Assembly (NCBI RefSeq): GCF_016432865.1
Contig: NC_067399.1
Location: forward strand, 596,998,001-597,062,000
DNA length: 64,000 nt
Direction: 5' to 3'
DNA from: Antechinus flavipes
Lineage: Eukaryota
This document shows, piece by piece, positions 13,396 to 27,690 of this stretch (position 1 is its first letter; every line of letters begins with the position of its first letter). Both the position numbers and the translations under genes were made by a program. The notes beneath the pieces were generated by a model, which had not been told where the DNA came from, searched no databases, and saw only the letters and a list, made by a program, of their open reading frames with translations.

Positions 13396-13439
13396 CTATT
13401 CAACTGTTTGTTTTCCAACCATCCAGGGTTCAACCAGAA
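13396..13439 (+). CDS. SLC18A2: VMAT2 exon 8 (44 bp): (A)IQLFVFQPSRVQPE
   Basis: Pyrimidine tract + TGCAG acceptor, GTAAGT donor; 92-bp upstream intron. Confidence 0.96.
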
Positions 13440-13517
13440 GTAAGTCATGCTACAACAGCTTCTTAGGAATAAACTAGAAATGTGCCTTCTTTTAACCTTT
13501 TGTTCTCTCTTTGGCAG

Positions 13518-13578
13518 AGTCAGAAAGGAACTTCACTAGTCACCCTGTTGAAGGATCCCTACATCTTAATTGCTGCAG
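13518..13578 (+). CDS. SLC18A2: VMAT2 exon 9 (61 bp): SQKGTSLVTLLKDPYILIAA(G)
   Basis: GGCAG acceptor, GTAATT donor; 78-bp upstream intron. Confidence 0.97.
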
Positions 13579-13645
13579 GTAATTAAGTAATTAATTGATG
13601 TTTTCATAATGATTCTTCTCCTTACCAAAAGTACATTTTACAAAT

Positions 13646-13662
13646 ACACACACACACACACA

Positions 13663-13694
<32 letters not shown>
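13646..13694. repeat. Compound microsatellite (AC)10(GT)14G forming a perfect 40-bp palindrome
   Basis: Read directly from the sequence. Confidence 0.95.
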
Positions 13695-13696
<2 letters not shown>

Positions 13697-13966
13697 CATA
13701 TGTGCATGCATGTGTGTGTGATATGCAGAAAAGTGACATTGTAGTCTAAGGGTCATCTTTGGAGTCAGAAACATCTGCTTTAAAGTCCTGTTGCTGACAC
13801 AAAGATAGCAGCTATATGACTGGCTAAGCCATGTGATCTCTGAAGGACCCCAAGCAACATTAAGACACTAAGCTACTAATTGCAGATCTGTATCCTCAGA
13901 GTTTCTGCATTAGAAATTCTTTTAACTACATCAGTTTCCTTAACTATATATGGAAAAACAGATGGA

Positions 13967-13967
<1 letters not shown>

Positions 13968-14020
<53 letters not shown>
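13968..14020. repeat. (AC)26 microsatellite
   Basis: Read directly. Confidence 0.95.
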
Positions 14021-14024
<4 letters not shown>

Positions 14025-14674
14025 AAAGAGAGGGAGAGAGATTGAAAGGGGGAAAGAAGAAATATGTATACTCCTATATATACACAGATATATGCATTAA
14101 ATGTATATGTTTTATATATACATATATATAAAACAGCTTTAATAATTTTAAAGTGCCCTAAGACATTTGATAATCTATATATATGTTGACAGATATTACA
14201 CAGAGATAAAGACAGAGGGAGAAAGGGAGAGAGAAAGAAAGGGACAACTGATGGTATAATGAATAAAGATCTACACTAACAATCAAAACGACTTGGATTC
14301 AAATATTGCCTTTTACACACATGACTGTGTGATCTTAAGCAAACCACTGAACTGCTATGCATAAATCTTTGAGCAAAAAACTAAAATCATTTTACTAAGC
14401 AATTCTCTAAAACTGTACATTGCAAAGCAGGCATAGATTTGCATTGGGAGATGGAATTTCTTAATTGGAAGTTCCTTAACCCATGAGGACATGGGTCTGG
14501 TCTCCCCCAAAAAGTGTATGTCTATATTTTATATGTATATATTATACATAAATAACCATATATCACAAAATTATTTTCTAAACAGTTTCTGAAGCTTAGC
14601 CCAGATTATCTGTTTTCTGATTAAAATATCCCACAAATGTGTAACTGGATCTATTCAAAAGTATATGAGGGTTT

Positions 14675-14698
14675 CACACACACACACACACACACACA
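14675..14698. repeat. (CA)12 microsatellite
   Basis: Read directly. Confidence 0.9.
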
Positions 14699-15079
14699 TT
14701 TTCCTTAATGCAGAATATAATACCTGTATGCCAAAAGCCATTGCTGTGTATACCTGGAACTTTCTGGAAATGAGCAATCTGACTAACTGCAGACATCTTA
14801 GCTAGTCAACCTAATTTATCTTGACATATTTGAAACAAGGCAGATAGCAATCCCTGAGAGTGCTGAATGGTATGGTAAGAGGAGGGATTTTCTAAGGGAA
14901 ATAAGATATCTAAGAAACAACAGAAAGGATGTACCTTTTTTTTTTTTCCCTTAAGGTAGACACTGGTTAATTTACTCCCTTGTACCTCTGAAACAAGAAG
15001 AGTAAAAACAAACAAACAAAACCTTAAGGACTTTATGATACCTGCAAACAGTAGTGGGTTAAGCAGTTTTTCACCAAAA

Positions 15080-15385
15080 ATCTTTTTCATATTTTCCAAA
15101 TGGTTGAAGGTTGGCTTCTCTTAGTTGGCACCAGGATGACAAAAAAAAAAAAATAGGCTGATTATCTTATATAGGAACAAGTAGATCTAGAAGATGGAAA
15201 TTATAAAAAGACAGTTTTAGGTTTTAAGAAAAAAGCTTATTGTTAATTAGAGCTGTTAAAAAAAAAATGATTGCCTTAAATGGTAGTGAGCTCCCCACCA
15301 AATGATCCTTTATTGAAGAGAGAATTCATGTTTTAGGCAGGGGTTGGACTAGATTTTTATGTAAACTCTCCTACTGAATCAAATT
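15080..15385 (+). mobile_element. L3/CR1 3' fragment
   Basis: 'aattagagctgtt...gccttaaatggtagtgagctcccc...ggggttggactagat' resembles the L3 3' end. Confidence 0.55.
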
Positions 15386-17189
15386 AATGGTCCAGCCCCT
15401 CCAGAATTTTATAGCCAAGAGGAGTTACAAAAGCTATGCCTCTGGCAGCCTGGTTGTATCCCCTGAGGTCAACCTTAAAGCACTGTCCAGTTTCTCAAGA
15501 GTCATTCCTGAAACTGCTATGCATAAAATTAGTTCAAATCCTGTAAAACTTTGTCTAGTTCTCCTGTCATTACTTCTTGTAGGTAGTAAGTTCCATAAAA
15601 TCATCACCAGCCATATATAAAGTAAGGCTTTGATTTTATGATGATTTTCTATAATGATTATTCCGTATGAGGATTACCAGGATAACCAGCAACTAGAATG
15701 CTTCTTCCCTATTTGTCCATAAGCTATTCTGGGGATATTAAGGAAGTTCCTTGGATCTTGATTTTTCCATCTGTGAAATAGGATTATGAAATAATCTCAT
15801 TTCTTACAGAAGTCAGAGACAGGTCATGAAAACAACAATCCCACGAATGCTTTGTGAAATGTAGAAAATCCTTAGTAGGGACAGCAGTGAGCCACAGTGA
15901 ACATAACTGAGTCTGGAACAAGAGACTTGGGGCAGAACTCCAGCCAGATAGGGGCTACTTTGAGCAGCTGTTGGGGAAACTTTTGTGTATGGGGTCTTCT
16001 ACATTATTTTCTCCTTTTTTCCAGCCACAGAAAGGGAAAAAAAATTGGCAATCAACACTAAATGTCAAACTGTTGATAACTCCAGGTGCTGCGGCTTCCA
16101 CACGGTCAAAGGAAGGGAGATACATCTGTATTTTTATATTTAAGCATTGTTTGTACAGATGGCCTTTAAATGTCATGAGAATGACAAAATCCTTTCCTTC
16201 TCCATTATGTAAATATTATATCTTTACCACTCTGGTTCTATGAACACTGAAGTCTAGCCGACAGAGGGTGGATGGTAGTGCTAACTGAGGCAATCAATAT
16301 TCTTTGCCCATCTAATCAGGTTCAAAGACTAGTACAGGAAGCTTCTATTTACTAGAAATGATTAGGGAATGAATGGGGTGTTCTGATTAATTGAATATTT
16401 TGATTCCCTGAGTTACCATAGTGACCCAATAATATTAGAATTTCAAAGCATTTAGCATTAAGATGATTTTATTTATTATTATTTTATTTTGTGTTTGCTC
16501 AGTAACATCTCATAGAGGTTTTACTCAAAACACTGGAAATTTTCCCTCTGTTCTTTGAACATCTGAGAGGCCTCAGTGCAGACAGTATGTTGTCAATCTG
16601 ATGTTTTTCTTTCTTATTAGATTATAAATTGCTTAAGAACAATCTTTTGCCTCTTTTTTTATCCTCATTGTTCAACATAGTGCTTAGCACATAGTAGGTG
16701 CTTAATAAATGTTTACTGATTGATTCTTCTTCCATGACTAGCAGAGACGATTGATGGGCATTGTACTGATTGAAAAAAATATTCTCTGGACAATTCTTTA
16801 AAGAAAAAAAAATTAATTCTTGGAATCATCTCAGGGGATAGGGATAGAAATTGGGATGTCATTATTAAAGAGAACTCCCAGGGGAGGAAATATATATCAA
16901 CCAATGCACATTGTTATCTTTCCTACAACTTTGAGTCTAAAAGAATTGTCTATGACTTAGCCAGGGTCACACAGCCAGTATGAGTCAGATTTTGAACAAG
17001 TGTCATCCTGATCCTGAAGCAGCTGTTCTGGCTTTCTGATTACATTTTACTTATCTCTTTCTCAGAATAGTGTAGGAAAGAAGGAATTTGATCTGATGGT
17101 TCTGAATCTGTTTGAAGACAGTTTTTGTTATTCAGAAAGATTGGACCTTTCAAAGCTCAGCTTATATGCCATTTCATTTCAATTCAACA

Positions 17190-17560
17190 AGTATTTATAA
17201 AGCACTTACTATGCACACTGTTAGCTACAGAGATATCAAAATATATGTCAAATAGATACTGTTCTCAAGAACTTGATCATCTAGTGAAGAAAAAGGCAAA
17301 GCACCAGGGGATAAGTACAAAGGGAAGTCTCAGGCAAAGTGCTATGAGAATTTGAATAGGTGATCACTGCTATCTGGGGCAGGGGGTGTGGGAAAAGATA
17401 CCAGAAAAGAAAAGCTTCATAGGGAAGGTAGCATCTGAATTATATCTCAAAGAGATAAACTCCAACAGACAAATATTAGAATATTGTCTAAACACATGGA
17501 GAAAGGCAAGATCAGGTTGAGAGATGACCGAGAGAGATATAATTTGATGGAACCATGAAG
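17190..17560 (-). mobile_element. L2 3' fragment
   Basis: 'attcaacaagtatttataaagcacttactatgc...gttctcaagaacttgatcatctagtg'. Confidence 0.6.
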
Positions 17561-17632
17561 AAAGTCAGTTGGAGCCTATTTATGAAAGGCCCCGAATATC
17601 AGGATCACGAGGCTATGCTTTGCTCTCCTGCT

Positions 17633-17875
17633 ATTGTTTGTTCTTCATTTTCAAAGACTATTTCATTGGAGAGGGGATGCCACGGCAGGCAATTGAAGGG
17701 CTGTGCAAAGTCACCTGCCTTAGTTTCCCCACTAGAGCATCTGGGTCCAAAGGCCAGATCTAAGTCAGGACTGGATATAGTAGGAAACCTTGGCCTTTTC
17801 AACTTAAGCTCTTTAACAGGTCTCAGTTTGCCTGAGGCAATACCCATTCAGTGAGGAGGAATCACTTAAGGTTCT
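17633..17875 (-). mobile_element. Marsupial WALLSI4-like retroposon, copy 1
   Basis: Shares 'ggctgtgcaaagtcacc...accttggcctttt..aagct...caggtctcagtttg' with the copies at 38225 and 44189; family name from memory. Confidence 0.6.
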
Positions 17876-18214
17876 GAGTATTGGATTAATACAATAAAAA
17901 GATTATATGGGACAATAATTTATAAGATGGATAGTAGGTAGACTAAGAACAAGAAGACATCAACTGGAAGTGATATTTTTCTCATCTGATCATAGAACAT
18001 TTAATGTATATTTTACATACAAATGGAATCACATTCCATTTGTATTATAGTTATTGTGTACATGTCTTGTCACACATATTAGATTGGAAACTCCTGGAAG
18101 GTATTAACTGACTTATCTTTTACTATTCTCCCAGAACAATAACAAGTAATTAATAAAAATTTGTTAAGTGAAAAATTAAGTAGAAACTTCAAAGTCTAAA
18201 TGAAAACAAAGTAA

Positions 18215-18355
<141 letters not shown>

Positions 18356-18829
18356 TGACCCAAGGTTTTATACCAGGCTTTCTCCCTTAAGGTAGTCATG
18401 GAGGGTTTCTCGCATGAAAATGACAAGCTATTTTTATTTGGTATCCTGAGAAATGTTATTTAAGCAATAAGGTTTTGTAGTATTTACCTGTTGAGCCATT
18501 TCTTCTCTGCTCATTCTTGCCTGGAGGAGCTAGATTTGAACTAGAAATACCAAAAGCTCATACAACAATGGCTGTTAATATTTTCTCTATTTCTGGAGTT
18601 ACTGGAAAAGTGGCCATCTAGCTTCTCCTTGAAGATCTCTAAGGCCACGACAGGATCTGAGAGGTGATAGGAAGGGGCAGCTACAACCTCCTCAGATAGC
18701 CTACTGCATTTTTTAAAGTCAAAAGGCCTAGGTTTTAAACTCAATTCTTCCACAAATTAGCAATGTAGTCTCTGGCAATCATTCTAACTCCTGGGGGCTT
18801 CCATTTCCTCCTCTGTTAAAAAAAAAAAA

Positions 18830-19055
18830 AGGGTCAGCTAAGTGGTACAGTGGATAGAGCACTGCCCGAAGTCAGGAAAGCCCGAGGCTCAAGCACTTAT
18901 GTACCAACTGCCATTTTAGACAAATCACTTAACCCTGGCTTTTCTTGGTTTCCTCATCTGTTGAATGTACTGGAGAAGAAAATGGCAACTCACTCTATAG
19001 TCTTGGCCAAGAAAACCCAAATGTGGACATGACTGAAACTGAACAATAGCAACAA
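18830..19055 (+). mobile_element. MAR1-type SINE
   Basis: 'cagctaagtggtacagtggatagagcactg' head; 'ctggagaagaaaatggcaac...gccaagaaaaccc' body. Confidence 0.75.
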
Positions 19056-21731
19056 ATAATAGGGTTAGATTATATAAACTCTCAAGTCCCCTTCAGATTT
19101 AAATTTCTCTGATATACATGAGAATTTTCCTGCTATAATGGAAAGAACACTGGATCAAAAGGCAGGAAAAGTGCAAAGATCTTGTCTAAATTATGTGACC
19201 TTAGGCAAGTGGCTTAAATTCACAAAGCTTTAGCTTTCTTATGTGTGAAACGGGATTAATAATTCTTGTCCTTCCCAACTCACAGGGTTGTTCTGAAGAT
19301 CAAATAGGATCATGTTTGTAAAGGAGTGTTTCAGTAGGTGTACAAAAGAAAACTGGAAAAAGTAGGCTATGGTCCAAGAAGACAGGCCTCTGTATATAGA
19401 CTGCAGGCTATCATAGACTTGACTTAAAAGCCTTCCTGGGTTGAAATGGTTTGGGGACATTTCTGATGACTCCACTTAAATGATTTAATAATCTCACTAA
19501 TTGAATGTATCCCAGCCAGCTGCGAAAGCCAGCTACTCAAGCAGACTTGCTTTCCCCCACTCCATACGATGACTTGGGGCTTTCAATAAAATAGTCATTA
19601 AAGCTCTCAGGGAAAAAAAAAGGGGAGGGAGGGGGATATAGTATAGATACCAGGCAGGCAGGTGGCCTGCTTGGATTTATCAAGAATAGGACCAAGTAGG
19701 GAAGTTAAGAGGTCAGATGTAAATTTGTGAGGCAAGCAGAAAGATGTATATATTAAATGGGAACATGTACAAAACGCCATAAAGGCAAAATCAGAGTCCC
19801 CATTGGGAAATAAATCCAATAAATCTATTTTCACTTATGAACCACAAGGCTTCGGGAAATGCTTTGATTCTTACATTCTACAGGACTTTAACTCTGTTAT
19901 TCTATTCAGTTAAATTTCCACTAAATCTTTCTGCTCTTCCATTCTATTATTAAAATCAGCAAACACGTATGTACCAAGCATTGTGCCTGGAACTGGGACA
20001 GAGGTGTATGTGATATAAAGATTGTATACCTTAAACTGGAAGAGACCTTATCTAGTGCAACCACCTCACTTTACAGATGAGAAAGCTGAGGCACAGGGAG
20101 TTTGTGACTTACCCAAAACTGATTGTAAACATAATACATAGGATTCAAACTTAGGACTTCCTATCACCATATCCAACATATTGAATTCCATATGACCTTT
20201 ATCATCTTGACACTAATCACATGACATAGATGCTAATGACTTACCTTATAATCAGATCAATACAATGCTAATAATAGCATTTCATTTGACCCTAATTACT
20301 AGCTCCAGCTCTAATTTGGCAATGATATTATCACTGTAGGTAGCTCTTGGTAAGGAATTTCTGTTACTATTCCAGACTGGCTTTTTCCCTGCAATTTATG
20401 AACTGAGAGATGCTCAGGAACTAAGAGATTCAGTAGCTTATGCAGGCTAACCATATCAGAAAATCCAGGTCTTCTTGATACTTCTTTGCAACACATAGTA
20501 TTGCTTCTCAGGCTTATTCTGCAGATGAATAGCTAAAAAAATCTGTCCAAGGTTACAATTATAGTAAGCAAAAGAATAGAGGCTTGGATCTAGGTTTTCT
20601 AAGTCTAGTTCTTTTCTTAATATACCACAGTGTCTTCATATATTGCATCTTGTTGAATATGGGGGAAATATTTCTTGAAGCATGAAATTGCATTTCATGT
20701 TTTGGTTCCTCTGAGCTTCCAAGTCTTGTATGATGTTTAAAAAATTAACTTAATTTAACTTGGACTTAAACTTTTGGTCTATGTTAAAATGGCCAGTGGC
20801 TTCCTTGGGATATTCCATAGTAAATGACTAAAAATATTTTTTAAAAATCTAGTAGAACACAAGCTCCTTGAGGACAGGGAATTGTTAATTTGTCTTTTTA
20901 TTCCTCATGTCTAATACAGTGGAGACACATATCAAGTTCAAGAATTACGTGTTGAACTAACTTGAAATGGCAACGTCTTCATTTATATGTGTGGTTATAA
21001 AGCTTTAGCAAGGAAAGACAGAGTTATAATTTGATTTTGGTCAGCACACCAGGAACTTTAGGTTATACATTTAAAATTTTTATTGTCTTTGGAAAGATTT
21101 TGTCAAATCTTTATTTTTTTTTTTTTTTGTGGGGCACATAAATCAATATCAGAATGGATGTAGAGAGACCCTATCTTTAAGGAAGCATTATCAGAGGCAA
21201 AGACGGATAGACATCAGTGCCTATGGGCAAATTCATTGTAAGAAAATCAGGGTGAGAGTTGAACTAATGCAATGTTTTTAATGAAGCCTTTGAACTCCTC
21301 AGTAGTCAAAATGCAAGACTCCAGAGCAGGATAACTAATGTCTTTTCTCCTCCTAAAGAAAAAAGTATTATCTTGAAGTTTTCCAAATGACATGGGTTCC
21401 CATTAACTAACATATACAGAGCCAGACATTCTGCTCTGAGTTCTCAGATCTCGATAATCCAGGGCTGCCCATTTTGACCTGTGTAAAATTTACTTCCTTT
21501 AGTAGACCTAAATATAAAAATTTCAGAGATTATTCAGTTGATAGTGAAATAAATGTCTTTCATTTCTATAGCATCACAAGAGTTTGTAGTTGATGGATAA
21601 ATGGTGTGGGGCCCAGGCTAGATGTGCAACAGACCGGATATTAGATGCTTGGGTGCAAAGCTACAGGGTTTCATGTGATATGCTCTAATCAAAACAGCTG
21701 TGCTACATTTATTAGTTTTTCTAACATTTGA

Positions 21732-21854
<123 letters not shown>

Positions 21855-22049
21855 TAAGATTAATTTTTTAAAAACTCAATTTACTTTTTCTAAAGTTAGG
21901 AGTTCCTTACATTTGTTTTTAAGTATTTCTAGCTGATGCCAAAATGTAAACATTTTTAAGTCTAAGACTTTTTAGAAATCTCAAATAATAGCTTTGAAAA
22001 AACAGAAAATCTACTTTCATTGATCTCTTCGGGCTTTTTCCTTTGACAG

Positions 22050-22101
22050 GTGGCTTTGTGCTCTCTTGGGGATGATCATTGTTGGAATCAGTATTTTATG
22101 T
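22050..22101 (+). CDS. SLC18A2: VMAT2 exon 12 (52 bp): (R)WLCALLGMIIVGISILC
   Basis: GACAG acceptor, GTGAGT donor. Confidence 0.96.
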
Positions 22102-22461
22102 GTGAGTAAGATAAGACGTCTAATAAGAAAATTCAATTCTGTGAACAAAATATGAAGCCATCAGCTTTGGGCAAATGTAACCAATTGCCACCAAATATTT
22201 TTGCTTAATGCTACATATTCAAGTCAGCCAATTTTGACATTTTCCAATGAGTTTATTTTCATGGAATTAGTCATTCTCTCTGTGCAGATGACACCTAGAT
22301 AAATTACCTTCTCTAATTCCTCATCAATCATACCTTTATCACCAACTATTAGCCATTTCAAACTGGACATCCTGTTGGCATCTCAAACTTAACTATTTTC
22401 AGAACAGAACTAGTTATGTTTTTTCAAACTATTCTTCTAAAGTTCCCTATTCCTATTGAAT

Positions 22462-22712
22462 GTTATTGTTCAATTGTTTCTCAGTTGTGTTCAATTCCTC
22501 ATGACCCCATATCTGTTTTTATTTCTTTGCAAAGTATTACAGAAGTTTGCCACTTCCTTTGCCAGCTCATTTTGCAGATGAGAAAACTAAGGCAAGCAGG
22601 ATTAGGTGACTTGCCCAGGATCACATAGCTAATAAGTGTCTGAGGCCAGATCTGAATTTAGAAAGAGGTACAATTCAAAACCCAGTGCTCTCTCCACTGC
22701 ACCACCTGGCTA
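22462..22712 (-). mobile_element. MAR1-type SINE
   Basis: Antisense copy ('cagctcattttgcagatgagaaaactaaggc...gtgacttgcccaggatcacatagct'). Confidence 0.75.
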
Positions 22713-22749
22713 CTCAACATTCCCGTTCAAAGTGTTATTTTTCTGACCT

Positions 22750-23420
22750 CCCAGGTTTGCAATCATAGAGCTTGCAACAATTTGGTTCAGGCCCTCAAAT
22801 CCTGGAACCTGGACTGTTAAGTCTTCTAATGTCTCACTACTTCAAGTCTCTCCCTTCTCCAATCTATCCTCCATATAGCTGCCAAAAATTCTTTTAAGTA
22901 CATATCTACATGAATTCTAGTGGCTCCCTATTGCTTGGGATATGTTTGCCATTTAAAATTCTTCATAACATAAACCCATCAAATCTTTCCAGTCTTAGTT
23001 TACACATTACTACTCTGGATACTCTGTGTTCCAGCCAAATTGGTCATCTTATTCCTCACACAGGACAATTCATTTCCCATATCCATACCTTTGATCTTAC
23101 CATCCCCTATGGATAGAAATACTTTTCTTCACTTTTGTCCTTTAGACTCTCATCTTGACACTCAGCTTAAACACTTTCTTCCACATGAAAATCTTCTTGA
23201 CACCACCATTGCCCCAGCTGTTAGTGCAACTTCCTCCCAAATCTACTTTGTATTGATTTCTTAAGTATAAGGCCTGTGTTGCCACAGGGATGAAAGACTT
23301 AATATTCTGTATTATCACATAACCATACTGCCTACCTAAATAGAATGTAAGGTCCTTTAGGTCAGGAATTGTTTTTGTGCCAGGGACTAGTTTACTGTTT
23401 GGTAATTAAATGTTTAATAA
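22750..23420 (+). mobile_element. L2 3' region
   Basis: 'tctcccttctccaatctatcctccat...ctgtgttccagccaaa...tagaatgtaaggtcctt' L2 signature. Confidence 0.65.
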
Positions 23421-23884
23421 CTATTTATTGACTGTGATACTTTTTCTGGAAAAGTATAATATTAAGCTAATCCTCCCTCTGTAGAATAAAATAGTTACCA
23501 ATATTACTAACACAGAATTTAAGTGCTCTTGTTAAAAAACTAGAATTAAGTTGTTCTTTTTAATCTAGCTTTTTATATTTAAACAGCTGAAAAGTGTGTC
23601 TTATTTGTAAGACCCTTTCTGGCTCTCAACTGCTATGATTAGGAATTTGATAACTATTTGATTTTGGGCAAGTAATTTCACCTGAATGGATTTTAATGGA
23701 CTCATCTATAAAATGAGGAAGGTAAGCTAGACAACTAATATTCAGATCAGTATTAGGATTCTTATTCTTTCATATTTGCCTTACAAGTAAATAAGCACAT
23801 CAAATTTCAAAAGAAATGTCAATAGCTCACTAAAATAAGTATAATGGTATATAAAATGAAATTGGATGATTTAAAAAAATGTAA

Positions 23885-23995
<111 letters not shown>

Positions 23996-25033
23996 TGACA
24001 TTTACTGGTTACCTGTGCTTGGAACTATTTGTTCTCTGATAGCAGCCTGAAACATTATAGAAGCATAAGAATAGATGAGCAGCAGCTTAAGGCTCAAATA
24101 TAATGTGTAGTTTACCCATATTAAAAGGACTTACTTCCAGATTTTAGTCATTTTCTTTGTGAAAACCAATTTTTGTCAAAGGTTGATATTTACAGAAGGC
24201 AAACTGACTCTACTGTTGACTCTAGGTAAACAGGCTAATAGCCTCCACAGAAGATATGTGTACACTCCATATCTATGAACAAGCTTACTTATATGAATCC
24301 AAGTATCAAATTGCACAAGTATTTTATGGCAAGATTTAGAACTAAAAACAGTATTATCTCATAGAGGGCCTAGTCAATGAATATCTCTGTGGCCAAAGGC
24401 ACCCAATTTTGTAGCATTAACATTACAAAATACTGAAATAGTAGGGAATTTCTGACATCAATAATTTCTAAGAATTTTATACTCTATGGGCATGATCATA
24501 TAGAACATTCATGACAACTGCACAGAAAAAAATCCTGGGACCAGAGCAAAAAGATTTGGACTATATTGTAGTTTCATTTTCTATAGGAGTGACATGAAAA
24601 TTCATTACTATCAATATGGCATCTATCATATATTCTAAGTGCCACACAAGGGTGAGGATGGGACAAAGTTGAGGGAACCTCTTACAGAGCTGAGACTAGA
24701 CAAGCAGGGTATGTGCACAAAATGAGGTTCAGAAATGAAGGAAACTGAGGAATGAGATCTGAAAAATTCATTCAACATCAGAGACAATGAAAGAAATGGG
24801 GAAAGACAGAATAATAGCTAACATAAGAGTTTTAACCTTTCCAAAGCACTATTGTAGACATTATTCTCATATGATCTTTATGAAAATCTTTCGGAATGTT
24901 TAATCTTATCAGATGCATTTTACAGATCAAGAGAAATAGGACTACAAAGATGTCTTAGTTACCCAGGATTACAGGTCTTCCAAGCTCTAGGCCAAAGACT
25001 CTATTGCCTCAATTAGCTGCCTCCTGAGGTTAA

Positions 25034-25225
<192 letters not shown>

Positions 25226-25318
25226 TAAGTACTTAAGATGGATTTATTTAATAGTTTAAGATATAACTTTTAAAATTGTACTTCTCATTGAGTACAACAT
25301 TTTTAGAGAGCTCTCTAA

Positions 25319-25519
<201 letters not shown>

Positions 25520-27469
25520 TGAAACTATAATGGAAGGAATGCTACAGGAGTTGTGAGAATTGGATGATAGTTTTAAGTCTGTTACTTACCTCTTTGTAAC
25601 AAAGAGCTTTTCTCAAAAAAGCTTTGAGGTAAGTGCGAATGCTATTTTTATTTTTAAATTCATATACAGAAATTGATACAACCACATAGTCCAATGCTCT
25701 TTCTACTGGATTATACTTATTTCCAGCTTGGGCAAGCCATAGCCCCTCTCTATATCATTATTTTCTTCATCTGAAAAATAAAAGGATAAACTTGAAGAAT
25801 GATTCTAAGAGACAGTTCTCCACTGCAATCTCTTGACTCAAATGTAAAACACATTCCATTTCCTTTAGAATGGAAACCTCCATAACATGTATTGGCCTTC
25901 CTGCCTTCATGTAGAACCCAAAAGCTTAAAGTCACAAGGAAAATCTCATTTTAATGTTATATCTTACCAGAACGGTTCCCAATTATTCAACTACTTGTAT
26001 CCCACAGAACTGTCATTTAGACCTCAATAGTAGGAGCATTGAATGAAAAGTACAGTTTTCAACTCCATATAAAGAAAAAACAACCAACTACTTCTTAGCA
26101 GATAAAGCTGAATAAGTAGACATGTTCTGAAAGTAAAAAAAGACGACTTGGAAGTGGTTTCCAAGTGTATATTATCTAAATTCGTGTTGTTCCCTCATAA
26201 GACTTTGAGGGCATGGATAGGATTTTTGTGTTTTGTTTTGTAGTGTAAGATCTTTATGCACATAACACAATGTCTGGCACAAAGTGCTTAATGTTTAATG
26301 ACAAGAACTCAGGAATGGAGGCTAGTGCCTTCTACCACACTGCTAGCTACCATCAACAAATCTTAAGGCACTATGTTCATGGTAGCAATTATTCTTCCTG
26401 TATCCCTTTTTAGATTTTGTAGCTATTCATTTTAAACCTGAACTTCTAAACTTGACATTGGATTTTTTCAAGTGTTTAATAATCAATTTTTCTGTGGCAC
26501 TGCTGTCTCCCCCTCTTTGCCCAAGATCATTATTTCCTGTCATTCTCTACTCCATCCCTTCCTGTTGAGATGCAAGTTAGCAGCTGTTGATTGCAGACTT
26601 GAAGCCATTATGCTAGACTCAATTATGGGCAGTAAGAAGCACACCTCAAGTCTTTAATGACTCATCTTGCTAATCATTTATTTAGATTTTTGACAGATTA
26701 AACAGAAAAGGGCTTTCTAGGAACACTAATGCCATTTCTCCCCCTCCTCCTTTGATGTTATTCTTGTCCTCTGACTCCAAAAATCTATTTTTAAAAGAAT
26801 GAAATATGGCATTGGCCCTCCCAGAGAAAATGGGGCATAGCAGAGTGAGCCCTGGCTTTCTGGAGTCAGAAAGACCTGGACTCAAGCTCTGCCTGGCAAA
26901 TGCAATCTGTGTGACCAAAAGCTTCTCAGTTCCCCTGGATAGCTTCTTACAGCTAAGTTACAGATTGTTTGGTAGGGAAAGTTTCCATATCATTAGTAGC
27001 TAGCATTAAGGAAATTACAGGTGGGGATGAAAAATAAAAATGGTAATGGCTCCAATATATAGTAGGTGGATATGCAGGTTAGTCATTTGCAGATGGAAAT
27101 CGGCAGTGTGATGGAAAGTACTAGTCTCCAGAAATTTCTGGATTGTTATTAAGCACTTCCTGCGTCACGTTGTGCGAAATGCTTTAATTGTATTATTTCA
27201 TTTGATCCTCACAGTGACCCTGTGTAAGTTACTATTATTCCCATTTTACAGAGAAGTAAACTGAAGCTGATTAGATGAATGACTTGCTCATGAATGATTG
27301 TTTGAGGCAGTATCCAATCTAAGATCTAACTCGAAGACCAGCACCAAAATTACTATGCCATGCTGGACTTACAAAACCACAAGTCATCTTGCTGCTAACA
27401 TTCAATCTGTATTTAAAGAAGCAAATTACTGCCCTTTTTGGACTTTGGTTTCCTCCAAGATTTCACATT

Positions 27470-27690
27470 TCATGATGGCTGTTCAGTCGTTTCTGACTAT
27501 AACAATTGGATTTTTTGGTTTTTTTTTTTTTTTTTTTTTTTTTTTGACAAAGATACTGGAGAGGTTTATCATTTCCTTCTCCAGTGACTTAAGGCAAACA
27601 GGGCTGAGAGTTGTTCAGGGTCACATAGCTGGTGTCTGAGGCCCAAATTGAATTCAAAATGAATCTACTGACTGCATCACCTAGTTGCTT
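27470..27690 (-). mobile_element. MAR1-type SINE with internal poly-T expansion
   Basis: 'gacaaagatactggagaggttt.tcatttccttctccag...agggtcacatagct..tgtctgaggcc'. Confidence 0.7.

Noticed and set aside
15940-15960. CTCF-like CCAGATAGGGGC
   Set aside because: Mismatches at several core positions of the CTCF motif
16000-16090. Strong-looking acceptor (TTTTCTCCTTTTTCCAG) in intron 9 suggesting a cryptic exon
   Set aside because: No good downstream donor (only GTGCTG); such tracts are common in introns
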